A stretch of DNA of 64,000 nt, taken from the IMG/VR virus record IMGVR_UViG_3300046817_000369. One strand, given 5' to 3'. Position numbers and translations under genes: made by a program. The notes under the pieces are model-generated. The model did not search any database and was not told where the DNA came from. It was given only the letters and a program-made list of their open reading frames with translations. Shown here piece after piece: positions 36,251-44,848 of this stretch (its first letter is position 1; each line of letters opens with the position of its first letter). This DNA is from a virus.

Positions 36251-36472
36251 ATGACCCTGGCCGATTACCTGAAGCGATATGACCTGTCCCTCGCCGCTTT
36301 CGGCGCGCGCCTCGATCCGGCGGCGGGCGCGAGCAGCGTGGCGCGCTGGCGGGACGGGCTGATCTTCCCGCGGATGAAGAATATAAAGGAGATCGAACGC
36401 GCGACCCAGGGCAGGGTCACGATCCGTGATCTGCGCCGCGCTTATGACAAGCACTGGATGAACGGCGCATGA
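36251..36472 (+). CDS. Cro-like HTH regulator
   Basis: MTLADYLKRYDLSLAAFGARL...SSVARWRDGLIFPRMKNIKEIERATQGRVTIRDL. Confidence 0.8.
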   Translation: MTLADYLKRYDLSLAAFGARLDPAAGASSVARWRDGLIFPRMKNIKEIERATQGRVTIRDLRRAYDKHWMNGA

Positions 36473-36681
36473 AAACGAAAACACGCGCGACGGAGAACGA
36501 CGATGACGCGCGTGCTACCGAGCCTCCCTCGCGGGCGGGCCTCGGTCGGAACCACCAGCCCGGCAGGCGGAGGCTTGCGGTTTCCCTCGGCTGTCCGCCG
36601 GGGCTGGTGGTTTCAACTCATTCCCAAACCCGCATCGACACGCGGGATGCCGGCGGCTTTTCCCCATTGCCCGCCGGTAAA

Positions 36682-36720
36682 CTCCCGGCGCCGTTGCAAC
36701 CGCGGCGTCGGGGTTTCTTC
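36682..36720 (+). terminator. Rho-independent terminator candidate
   Basis: CCCGGCGCCG...CGGCGTCGGG followed by GTTTCTTC. Confidence 0.5.
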
Positions 36721-36740
36721 ATTTGGGAAGGAAACTAAAC

Positions 36741-37013
36741 ATGATTGATGCCATATTGTTCATATTCACCATAACAGGTCAAATAGTTTGGTCGTATTTT
36801 GCATGGTGTTTTGTGTCTCGCTTAGTTAGAATCATGATATTTATGTATCGTATGGGATGGAAAGAAGTGAGAAGTATTTACATACGTGATTGGATTGATA
36901 TTATTATAAATCCACCAGATAAATTGGGCGCTACTTATTATCCTGGTAAACGTGGTAAAGAAATGCGACAACGTGATGAACGAGATCCAAGCACCGTGTG
37001 TGGACCGACGTGA
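36741..37013 (+). CDS. AT-rich membrane protein (moron-like)
   Basis: AAGGAAA RBS; hydrophobic N-terminus; visibly much lower GC than flanks. Confidence 0.5.
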   Translation: MIDAILFIFTITGQIVWSYFAWCFVSRLVRIMIFMYRMGWKEVRSIYIRDWIDIIINPPDKLGATYYPGKRGKEMRQRDERDPSTVCGPT

Positions 37014-37338
37014 TCGCGACGGAGTTGATCTGATGGTGGCTCATCTGACATCCGAGGAACGCGACAATACCCCTTGCTACATCGCGCGTACGACAAATCC
37101 GACAAAGCGACACCCAATCGTGGGGACCGCTGTTTGCGCCATTGTAGACGATGGAACACGTGTCAAGGAAACGGCCAAGGAAGTCGCGGCCTGGATACGG
37201 GACCGTCTGGTGATCGAGCGAGTGCCTGTCTGGTGGGTTCGCCTCCATCTGTTCACTGCTGAGCCGTACCGGATCGGGCCGCTTGATCCAGGACTGACCG
37301 ACGCCGGGCGCGCGGCGATCAAGGCGGCGCGAGGATGA
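36976..37338 (+). CDS. Hypothetical protein
   Basis: Coupled to downstream ORF; start uncertain. Confidence 0.45.
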   Translation: MNEIQAPCVDRRDRDGVDLMVAHLTSEERDNTPCYIARTTNPTKRHPIVGTAVCAIVDDGTRVKETAKEVAAWIRDRLVIERVPVWWVRLHLFTAEPYRIGPLDPGLTDAGRAAIKAARG

Positions 37339-37604
37339 GCCGCGATTGGGTTCACGTCCTGGTGATGCCGGACTACAAGCCCGGCGATCTGCCGCCCGAA
37401 GGCTATCTGCAATGGCACGAATGGGCCGAGGTCCAACGCAAGGCCGGGATTAAGCAGCGGCAATGTCCGACGTGCGGCCTGTGGCGGACACCGCAGGAAC
37501 TATCAACGCGACAGATCGAATGGACGGTGAAGGATCGAAATGGACACGCGATCATGCGTTCGGATTTTGAGTGCGCGAAATGTGAGGCGAAACGTGCAAC
37601 CTGA
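37335..37604 (+). CDS. Small zinc-finger protein
   Basis: CPTCGLW and CAKC pairs. Confidence 0.6.
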   Translation: MSRDWVHVLVMPDYKPGDLPPEGYLQWHEWAEVQRKAGIKQRQCPTCGLWRTPQELSTRQIEWTVKDRNGHAIMRSDFECAKCEAKRAT

Positions 37605-38007
37605 CTTAACCGCGATCTTCGCGCTGCGCCTGTCCAGCCAACGCAAGCTGATGCTCATCGCCATGATCCATCGCGCCGAGCAAGGCTGGTATTGGGGCAC
37701 CGCCGCCATGATCGCGCGGGACGCATCGTGCAACATCAACACGATGAGCGAGGCGATCCGCAAGCTGGAAGCGGCGAACCTGATCCATCCGCACCCCGAC
37801 AACAAGCCGACCGCGCCGTTCAGGCGGTGGCACCTCGATCCGAAATTCATCGTGGAAACTCAGAATGGCAAATCAGGAATGGACGGCAGCCGAGGTCGAG
37901 ACGCTGCGAGCGTTGTGGACGGAGGGACTGTCAGCGGCGGAAATCGGGCGGCGGATTTTCCGGCCGAAAAACAGCGTCATCAGCAAAAGCCATCGCCTGC
38001 TCCTTGA
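37594..38007 (+). CDS. HTH-domain protein (replication-initiator-like N-terminus)
   Basis: LSSQRKLMLIAM...WGTAAMIARDASCNINTMSEAIRKLEAANLI. Confidence 0.55.
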   Translation: MQPDLTAIFALRLSSQRKLMLIAMIHRAEQGWYWGTAAMIARDASCNINTMSEAIRKLEAANLIHPHPDNKPTAPFRRWHLDPKFIVETQNGKSGMDGSRGRDAASVVDGGTVSGGNRAADFPAEKQRHQQKPSPAP

Positions 38008-38389
38008 ACCGCGGCCATCCTGCATTATCCGGAACGGCGAGCCGCGTCCGGCGCGGGTTCCTACCGTCACGCTACCGCCGCTCCCAAGCCGTCAGGAGCC
38101 GGTCGCCATGATCGTGCCACCAAAGGCACCGGGCCACGCCAACCGCGCCAGCGCGGCCGCCAGGGCGTCGCATACGCCGTCGATTTTCGACAACGTGGTG
38201 TATCGCCCGATCATCAGGGAGGCGCCGCGACTGCCGATGCCGACAACGAAGACGTGCCAGTGGCCCATGAACGACGGCGCCCCGGCGTGGCTGTTCTGCG
38301 AATTGCCGGCGACGACGCGATGTTATTGTACCAGTCATGCCAGTGTCGCGTTCGTGCGCGTCAGGGATCGGCGGGAGGACGCGGCGTGA
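37865..38389 (+). CDS. gcrA: GcrA-like cell-cycle regulator
   Basis: EWTAAEVETLRALWTEGLSAAEIGRRI..KNSVISKSHRL and C-terminal TCQWP...FC...YCTSH. Confidence 0.85.
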   Translation: MANQEWTAAEVETLRALWTEGLSAAEIGRRIFRPKNSVISKSHRLLLEPRPSCIIRNGEPRPARVPTVTLPPLPSRQEPVAMIVPPKAPGHANRASAAARASHTPSIFDNVVYRPIIREAPRLPMPTTKTCQWPMNDGAPAWLFCELPATTRCYCTSHASVAFVRVRDRREDAA

Positions 38390-39471
38390 GGTTCGGATCG
38401 GTGTGTAGCGGGATCGAGGCCGCGTCCGTTGCGTGGTTGCCGCTCGGTTGGCGGTGTGAGTTCATGTCGGAAATTGAAGCGTTCCCGCGGGCCGTGCTGA
38501 AACACCACTATCCGGACACACCGCTTCATGGCGATTTCACCACGATCCAGGCAGCCGAATACGGACCAATCGACGTTCTCGTGGGAGGAACCCCCTGCCA
38601 ATCGTTCAGCATCGCCGGATTGCGCGGCGGTCTCGCTGACGAGCGCGGCAATCTTGCCCTTGAGTATATTCGCCTGGTTGACCGACTACGCCCCCGTTGG
38701 GTGGTTTGGGAGAACGTCCCCGGCGTCCTGTCGTCGGCTGGCGGACGGGACTTTGGTGCCTTTCTCGGGGGCCTGGGAGAGTGCGGGTATGGGTGGTCCT
38801 ACCGAGTGCTTGACGCTCAGTATTTCGGACTGACCCAAAGACGGAAGCGTGTGTTCGTTGTCGGCTGTCTTGGAGACTGGCGCGGTCCCGCCCAGGTATT
38901 GGCTATCCCCGATGGCCTGCGCGGGCATCCTGCGCCGCGCCGAACGCAGGGGGAAGGAACTTCCCATTCAGTTGCGGGAAGCCTTACAGGCAATGGCGAT
39001 GCTCATTCCGGGTTCAAAGACGAGCACGGACTGATCGCGCCCACGCTGGAAGCCGGCACGAACCGAACGGGCGGCACAAGACCGCCAGGAACAACCGTAG
39101 ATACGATCGAGTGCCTGGTCGCCCACTCCCTCCGCGCCGATGGCTTCGATGCGTCCGAGGACGGCACGGGACGGGGGACGCCGCTGGTGGCCTTCGCGCA
39201 GAACCAGCGCGACGAAGTGCGGGAAATGGACGTAGCTGGTGCGCTCGCATCGCGGCACGGGATGAAGCAGCAGACCTACGTCAACACGTCGATGGTGCGC
39301 CGCCTTACGCCGACAGAGTGCGCCAGACTTCAGGGATTTCAGGACGACTACCTTGACATCGCGTTCCGCGGCAAGCCGGCGGCGGATGGGAACAAGTACC
39401 GTGCGCTCGGCAACAGCATGGCCGTTCCGTGTATCCAATGGATCGGCCGGCATATCATGGAGGCCGCATGA
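38386..39471 (+). CDS. C5-cytosine DNA methyltransferase
   Basis: SVCSGIEA motif I, GGTPCQSFS motif IV, WENVPG motif VI, QRRKRVF, YRALGNSM motif X. Confidence 0.93.
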   Translation: MRFGSVCSGIEAASVAWLPLGWRCEFMSEIEAFPRAVLKHHYPDTPLHGDFTTIQAAEYGPIDVLVGGTPCQSFSIAGLRGGLADERGNLALEYIRLVDRLRPRWVVWENVPGVLSSAGGRDFGAFLGGLGECGYGWSYRVLDAQYFGLTQRRKRVFVVGCLGDWRGPAQVLAIPDGLRGHPAPRRTQGEGTSHSVAGSLTGNGDAHSGFKDEHGLIAPTLEAGTNRTGGTRPPGTTVDTIECLVAHSLRADGFDASEDGTGRGTPLVAFAQNQRDEVREMDVAGALASRHGMKQQTYVNTSMVRRLTPTECARLQGFQDDYLDIAFRGKPAADGNKYRALGNSMAVPCIQWIGRHIMEAA

Positions 39472-39689
39472 CCCCCCTCGAACGCCTCGCCCTTGAGATT
39501 TCCGCGCGTATCAGTGGCGCCGACCTCGTGCTGGTGCTGGATTACGCCGAGGCGCTGAAACGCGAGACCCGGATCGAGGCGCTACACGATGCGCTGGCCG
39601 TCGTGAGCCTGGGACTTCCCAACGTGCGGACGGTCGCCGAACAGGCGCTGCGTGAATTTATCGAAAAGGAGACAGCGGATGGACCCTGA
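39468..39689 (+). CDS. Hypothetical protein
   Basis: ATGA-coupled. Confidence 0.5.
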   Translation: MTPLERLALEISARISGADLVLVLDYAEALKRETRIEALHDALAVVSLGLPNVRTVAEQALREFIEKETADGP

Positions 39690-39870
39690 ACAGCAAGCGA
39701 AGGAGATGGCTGATGTGCGCCGCGAGGCCCGGTTCGAGGCGCTGCGGGAGGCGCTTAATCTCGTGATACGGCTTAGTTCATATACCGGTCCCGAACCGAC
39801 ACTGACGGAAAGGGAACTGCGGAAGATGATCCAAAAGACGGTCGAGAGCGAGACGCCCGAGGATGAGTGA
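39679..39870 (+). CDS. Hypothetical protein, similar to upstream ORF
   Basis: RREARFEALREAL echoes KRETRIEALHDAL of the previous gene. Confidence 0.5.
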   Translation: MDPEQQAKEMADVRREARFEALREALNLVIRLSSYTGPEPTLTERELRKMIQKTVESETPEDE

Positions 39871-40414
39871 CGATCCGGCGCCGCGTGATAAACCTTGGAT
39901 AGCGAATAAGCCAGAAGACAGGCTCAAGATCGCGACGCTGCGATTTCTTGAACGGGCTCTGGTGCCGCCGTTTTATGTGGTCTCGATCCACGATTCGGAT
40001 GGTGGCGGTCGGTCAGACTTGCAGCGTATCCGTGATGCCAACAAAGGAATCCGCAGTGGGCAGTTGGATATGGATGTGGTGCAAGGACCGCACGGGCTCG
40101 CGCGCAAGTTGGAACTGAAGCGAGGGAAGAACAAGCCAACCGCGCACCAGCAGAAGACTATCGCCGAGCTAACGAAGTGCGGCGCCGCGCCGGTCGTGGC
40201 GTGGTCTCTGAGCGATGTTCTGGACGGTCTGGAAGCGGTCGGCTTTCGCTTCTTGCCCAACACCGAAACAATCTGGGCACACTGGCAAGCGCAGCTTGAA
40301 GCATGGGACAGGACCGCTGATCTTGTGAAGTCAGGCGTGATCGTGAAGAAGCGGCGCCCCGCGAAAGCCCACGCTCGCAAATTGCCCGGCACAACCTGGA
40401 TTTTACCCACATGA
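39863..40414 (+). CDS. VRR-NUC-like nuclease
   Basis: GIRSGQLDMDVV...KLELKRGKNKPTAHQ PD-(D/E)xK-type pattern. Confidence 0.7.
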   Translation: MSDDPAPRDKPWIANKPEDRLKIATLRFLERALVPPFYVVSIHDSDGGGRSDLQRIRDANKGIRSGQLDMDVVQGPHGLARKLELKRGKNKPTAHQQKTIAELTKCGAAPVVAWSLSDVLDGLEAVGFRFLPNTETIWAHWQAQLEAWDRTADLVKSGVIVKKRRPAKAHARKLPGTTWILPT

Positions 40415-40683
40415 AGCAACTCACAATTACCCTGACCCTCCCGCTCGAACTTGACTATTTCGGCCTGCACACCGTCCCCGATGGCACGCGGGAATGGTTG
40501 GGACTGCTGCGCACCGGCGCCGAGGAGCACGGCTGCACCGTCGCCATGGAGGTCGAGGACGTAAAGGGGCTACGCAAGGCGCCGGGACGACGTATCAAGC
40601 CCACCAGTCGCACGCGGGAAGCGGTGGCGCGGTTGGACAAACAAGATGGCGCGATGAACATGGTGCCGAACGATGCCGCGTGA
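40411..40683 (+). CDS. Hypothetical protein
   Basis: ATGA-coupled, 90 aa. Confidence 0.5.
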   Translation: MKQLTITLTLPLELDYFGLHTVPDGTREWLGLLRTGAEEHGCTVAMEVEDVKGLRKAPGRRIKPTSRTREAVARLDKQDGAMNMVPNDAA

Positions 40684-40891
40684 GCCCATATTCCGGATAG
40701 GAGACAGGGTGCGCCTGAACGAAACAGCGAAACGAAACGGCGTCGGCACCCAGCGTCCAGGCCACTTTAATCGTGTCGGCACCGTTATAGGGCTTTCCCG
40801 AGATGGCAATCCTCGTGTTCGGTGGGACGGCATCAGAGCGAGCTATCCTTACGGGCCTTTGTTTCTTTCGGTTGTTCGCGATGCCACCTGA
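40673..40891 (+). CDS. Small SH3-like beta protein
   Basis: FRIGDRVRL...RVGTVIG...PRVRWDG. Confidence 0.55.
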   Translation: MPREPIFRIGDRVRLNETAKRNGVGTQRPGHFNRVGTVIGLSRDGNPRVRWDGIRASYPYGPLFLSVVRDAT

Positions 40892-41074
40892 CCCCACACT
40901 CGCCGCCGCCTGCCCATGCGGCGCCCCGCCGTTCGCCATCCGGCCCGGCGTGGAGCCGGTGCGGCGTGGGGCGATCGATCTTTTCACGCGCCGACAAAAG
41001 GCCCTCGAAGCAGGTGTGGCGTGCGTCGTGCTATGCCGCGCGTGCTGGCTGAAGCGGTTCGGGAGGCGGGCGGC

Positions 41075-41842
41075 ATGACACCGCGCAAGGAAGTCATTGG
41101 CGACGCGGAACTGTGGTTAGGGGATTGCCGGGATGTGCTGCCGATGCTCGGGACGGTCGATTCCGTTGTGACTGATCCACCGTATGGGATTGGATTCAAA
41201 TACGATAGTCACGATGATACACCAGAAGGTTATGGTATCTGGATTTGGTCCATTATCGAGGCGGCTGAGAGTTTATGCCTGTCGGGTTCTCCCGTTTTCG
41301 TATGGCAGGCTCAGAAGAACATCAGACAGTTGCATTCCTGGTTTCCGCGCGATTGGCGCTTATTCATATCGGCTCGCAATTTCACGCAGATGAACCGGGA
41401 CGGGATGCCGCATTCCTATGAGCCAGTAGTGGTCTGGTGGACGGAAGGTGAAAAGTGGCATTCACCGCAAGGTGAAGGAATTGGCGTTCTAAGGGATTTT
41501 CACGTCGCGGATGCCGCTGGCGGATTGCTTCGCAACAAAATATCAGGTGCTTCGTCGCATCCATGCCCGCGGCAAGAAGACGCAATGGAGTTTGTAATCG
41601 GGAATTGGGTTCGTCCATCCGGTGTTGTCCTCGACCCCTTCATGGGTAGCGGCACGACCGGCGTCGCCTGCGCGCGGCTCGGACGCCGCTTCATTGGCAT
41701 CGAAATCCATGAACCGTATTTTAACATCGCGGTGAGACGTATTGAGCAGGCGTATCGTCAGGCGGATTTGTTCGTAAGTCGCCCCACGCCGAAACCCGTC
41801 GTCACCGCCGACCTGTTCGCCGCGCGGGGGGATGGAGGATGA
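41075..41842 (+). CDS. N6-adenine/N4-cytosine DNA methyltransferase (beta class)
   Basis: LWLGDCRDVL, VTDPPYG, HPCPR, VLDPFMGSGTTG. Confidence 0.9.
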   Translation: MTPRKEVIGDAELWLGDCRDVLPMLGTVDSVVTDPPYGIGFKYDSHDDTPEGYGIWIWSIIEAAESLCLSGSPVFVWQAQKNIRQLHSWFPRDWRLFISARNFTQMNRDGMPHSYEPVVVWWTEGEKWHSPQGEGIGVLRDFHVADAAGGLLRNKISGASSHPCPRQEDAMEFVIGNWVRPSGVVLDPFMGSGTTGVACARLGRRFIGIEIHEPYFNIAVRRIEQAYRQADLFVSRPTPKPVVTADLFAARGDGG

Positions 41843-44208
41843 CAATCCAGGTCATTCACGGCGACATGCGCGACGTGCTGCCGACGCTGGAGGCGGAGAG
41901 CGCGCATAGCATCGTCACAGATCCGCCCTACGAACTCGGGTTCATGAACCGCGCCTGGGACAAACGCGGGGTCGCCTTCGATCCCGACACGTGGCGCGCG
42001 GTGCTGCGTGTATTGAAGCCGGGTGGCTACCTGCTGGCATTTGGCGGCACAAGAACGCAACACCGGATGATCTGTGCCATCGAGGACGCGGGGTTCGAGG
42101 TTCGTGACGTTATCGCATGGGTTTACGGGTGCCTGGATGAAAAGACGGAGGTTGCCACGGCAAAGGGCGTCATGCCCTACCATAAAACCTTGATAGGTGA
42201 TCTCGTATTGTGTTATGATCCTTCCAGTAGCGAATATAGTTATCAGCCGATCCTGGAAATCATTGAATATGAATACAACGATACCGCCTACCGTCTTATT
42301 GGAGATTTTGGCGAGCAAATTGTCTCCCGAAACCACCGTTGCATTATTGAACGAGACGGAGTGGAAGTATTCTGTCGCGCTGAAGAAGCCGCACGGGAAC
42401 ACGAAGCGCGTGTACCCATTCTGGAAAGTCTGCCAGAACTGCGAGAAGCCTTATCAAACATGGACACGAGAACAGTCGGTCCGCAACAAAGCGTGCTCGC
42501 ATCCTTGCGCGATAGCTCTGACAGAAGGGCCGCGCGCCAAGCTCCCAATCGAACAACGCAAGGGTCGTCAGATATCGTGCGCGATTTGTGGCGTGGAGAT
42601 ATGGAAGCCGGATGCGTGGCTTCGCAAGGTCATGACCCCGACATGTTCTTACAAGTGCAACGGCGTGTTGCGCGGTTCGGAATGGGCGACCCATGCTCAC
42701 AAGGGCCGAGCCAACTGGACGAGGGAAAGCGAGGATGCGCTCGTGGTCCGGATGACGGGCACCACCAATCCAGCATGGAAGGGTGGCCTTACATACCGAA
42801 ACCGGAAGGGGAAATACGCGGATCAGTCGATCAAGTATGTCCGGTGTCCTCAGATGTTCCTGGATATGGCGCGGAAGGATGGTTACGTGATGGAGCATCG
42901 GCTGGTGGTGGCGAGGGCCGTCGGACGGTCGTTGACCAGGATCGAGACGGTGCATCACAGGGACCACGATGCGACCAGGAATTCCTCGCGGAACCTGATG
43001 CTGTTCGCGACCAATGCCGAACACAAGGCATACGAGCATGGCGCGGCCATCACTCCGCTGTGGTGCGGATTGTGCCATTCCATCACACCGGAAAAGTCTG
43101 GTGTCTGCGAGTGCCGACCGGTGCCTTTGTCGCGGTTCGCGGCGGAGTAGCGTTCCCTACTGGCAATAGTGGCTTCCCAAAAAGTTTAGACATATCAAAA
43201 GCGATCGACCGCGCGGCGGGAGCGGAGCGGGAGGTTGTTGGCATCAAGCCAGGGCACGAAGGATTTGCCAATCGAGGCAATATGTCGAGTGTTCAATCGT
43301 TCAAGGGAACCATGGGAGGCGAAGGCGGTTTCGCCAGGCCATGGATGGATGATCCTGAAAAGGTTGAAGCATACCATCAGCAAACCGCCCCCGCGACCGA
43401 CGCCGCGAAGCAATGGAACGGTTGGGGAACAGCGTTGAAGCCGTCCATGGAAATCATTGCCGTAGCGAGACGACCGTTGAGCGAGAGGACGGTGGCGGCC
43501 AATGTGTTGAAGCACTCTACAGGCGGCATCAACATCGACGCGACACGAATACCGTTAGGCGCCACCGATCCGCTACAAGCCGGCATAGCGGGCCGCGACG
43601 GGCACGGCATGGATACGGCCGGCACGGAAGGCGCCTGGGGGTTTAAGGCGGTTGATCGCGCGGCCGGTCTGGGGCGCTGGCCGGCCAATCTCGTCCACGA
43701 CGGATCGCCCGAGGTCGAGGCCGCGTTCGCCGCTTTTGGTAATGCACCAGGACAGCAACGCTATGTCGGGCCAGAACATGGCGAGAAGCTATCCAAGGGC
43801 ATATATGGTGACTTCGGAGAGCATAGACCGCATGAGCCTCGCGGCGACGCCGGCACCGCCTCGCGATTTTTTTATTCAAGTAAGGCGGATGCGAGCGACA
43901 GAGCCGGCTCACTTCATCCGACAATTAAGCCCATCGACCTGATGCGTTGGCTCGTCCGAATGGTCACGCCGCCCGGTGGCACGGTGCTGGATTGCTTCGC
44001 CGGCTCGGGAAGTACGGGTGAAGCAGCCATGCTGGAAGGCTTCAACGCCGTCCTGATCGAACGCGAGGCGGAATACGCCGCCGACATAAAACATCGCATG
44101 AAACGATGGGGCGGCGGCGATCTGCCATTGTTCGCTGATCCGATACCCGAAGACCCGGACCTCGCGCGGCAGGTGGATTTGTGGCGCGAACCGGAGAGTG
44201 GCGCGTGA
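41839..44208 (+). CDS. Beta-class DNA methyltransferase containing an intein
   Basis: VTDPPYELGFM...WVYG|SGFPKS (split by intein)...HPTIKPIDLMRWL..VLDCFAGSGSTG. Confidence 0.9.
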   Translation: MTIQVIHGDMRDVLPTLEAESAHSIVTDPPYELGFMNRAWDKRGVAFDPDTWRAVLRVLKPGGYLLAFGGTRTQHRMICAIEDAGFEVRDVIAWVYGCLDEKTEVATAKGVMPYHKTLIGDLVLCYDPSSSEYSYQPILEIIEYEYNDTAYRLIGDFGEQIVSRNHRCIIERDGVEVFCRAEEAAREHEARVPILESLPELREALSNMDTRTVGPQQSVLASLRDSSDRRAARQAPNRTTQGSSDIVRDLWRGDMEAGCVASQGHDPDMFLQVQRRVARFGMGDPCSQGPSQLDEGKRGCARGPDDGHHQSSMEGWPYIPKPEGEIRGSVDQVCPVSSDVPGYGAEGWLRDGASAGGGEGRRTVVDQDRDGASQGPRCDQEFLAEPDAVRDQCRTQGIRAWRGHHSAVVRIVPFHHTGKVWCLRVPTGAFVAVRGGVAFPTGNSGFPKSLDISKAIDRAAGAEREVVGIKPGHEGFANRGNMSSVQSFKGTMGGEGGFARPWMDDPEKVEAYHQQTAPATDAAKQWNGWGTALKPSMEIIAVARRPLSERTVAANVLKHSTGGINIDATRIPLGATDPLQAGIAGRDGHGMDTAGTEGAWGFKAVDRAAGLGRWPANLVHDGSPEVEAAFAAFGNAPGQQRYVGPEHGEKLSKGIYGDFGEHRPHEPRGDAGTASRFFYSSKADASDRAGSLHPTIKPIDLMRWLVRMVTPPGGTVLDCFAGSGSTGEAAMLEGFNAVLIEREAEYAADIKHRMKRWGGGDLPLFADPIPEDPDLARQVDLWREPESGA
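42130..43167 (+). mobile_element. Intein (346 aa) in DNA methyltransferase
   Basis: Block A CLDEKTEV at 42130, block B-like SRNHRC, block F/G KVWCLRVPTGAFVAVRGGVAFPTGN followed by Ser+1. Excision restores WVYGSGFPKS. Confidence 0.9.
42269..43150 (+). CDS. Zinc-finger HNH homing endonuclease overprinted in +1 frame inside the intein
   Basis: CQNC..CSHPC, CAIC..CSYKC, NPAWKGG, GYVMEHRLVV...ETVHHRDHDATRNSSRNLMLF; frame open 42197-43150; start codon uncertain. Confidence 0.85.
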   Translation: MNTTIPPTVLLEILASKLSPETTVALLNETEWKYSVALKKPHGNTKRVYPFWKVCQNCEKPYQTWTREQSVRNKACSHPCAIALTEGPRAKLPIEQRKGRQISCAICGVEIWKPDAWLRKVMTPTCSYKCNGVLRGSEWATHAHKGRANWTRESEDALVVRMTGTTNPAWKGGLTYRNRKGKYADQSIKYVRCPQMFLDMARKDGYVMEHRLVVARAVGRSLTRIETVHHRDHDATRNSSRNLMLFATNAEHKAYEHGAAITPLWCGLCHSITPEKSGVCECRPVPLSRFAAE

Positions 44209-44330
44209 CCCGAAACCGTCCGCTTGAGATCATGCAGATCGCCGGCATGATCCTTATATTCTCGCTGATTGCGATGGCATGGATCGTGTTCGCCGTCGTT
44301 TTAACGCATTTCGTGGTGAAGTTCTGGTGA
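44205..44330 (+). CDS. Single-TM small protein (41 aa)
   Basis: GTG coupled to MTase stop; IAGMILIFSLIAMAWIVFAVVL. Confidence 0.5.
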   Translation: MTRNRPLEIMQIAGMILIFSLIAMAWIVFAVVLTHFVVKFW

Positions 44331-44364
44331 TTGGAGGTTGACCACCGTTCATTAAACGCTTAAC

Positions 44365-44571
44365 GTGACCGGCATGAACAAAGACGCGCTCCTGACTCTG
44401 CTACGAAACCGCATCGACGCCGCCGGCAGCCTACGCGAGTTCGCGCGGCAGCACGGTTTCAGCCCTTCCTACGCGCATCAGGTGCTGCACGGACGCGCGC
44501 CGCCGGGGCCGCGTATCCTCGCGGCGTTGGGGTTGAAGGTGGACTACCGGAAGGGCCGAGTCGATGGCTGA
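44365..44571 (+). CDS. Cro/C1-type HTH protein
   Basis: GSLREFARQHGFSPSYAHQVLHGRAPPGPRILAALGL. Confidence 0.75.
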   Translation: MTGMNKDALLTLLRNRIDAAGSLREFARQHGFSPSYAHQVLHGRAPPGPRILAALGLKVDYRKGRVDG

Positions 44572-44836
44572 TCAGAAGCAAGAAAGCCGCCGCGTGGATC
44601 GTCCGGAACCGGGCCGCTTCAAGATTCGCGTGACCCGTGGCGGACCCTGGTGCGCGGCAAGGATCTGGTCCGTCATGGGCATCCTGCAGGCCGAGATCGG
44701 CTATCAGTCGGCGCCAGTCGAGGATGTGTGGCTCTACGGCGAGCGATGCACCGACGCCGAGTATTTCCGCTTGCGCGATCATCCCGCCGACAAGCCGGGT
44801 GAGCGAGTCGATATTCGCCGCGTAACTACATTCTAG
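44564..44836 (+). CDS. Hypothetical phage protein
   Basis: PEPGRFKIRVTRGGPWCAARIW. Confidence 0.55.
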   Translation: MADQKQESRRVDRPEPGRFKIRVTRGGPWCAARIWSVMGILQAEIGYQSAPVEDVWLYGERCTDAEYFRLRDHPADKPGERVDIRRVTTF

Positions 44837-44848
44837 AAAGGTAACGAC

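Noticed and set aside
42344-43078. Third open frame (minus strand, 244 aa) inside the intein
   Set aside because: No recognisable motifs; antisense open frames are common in GC-rich dual-coding DNA.
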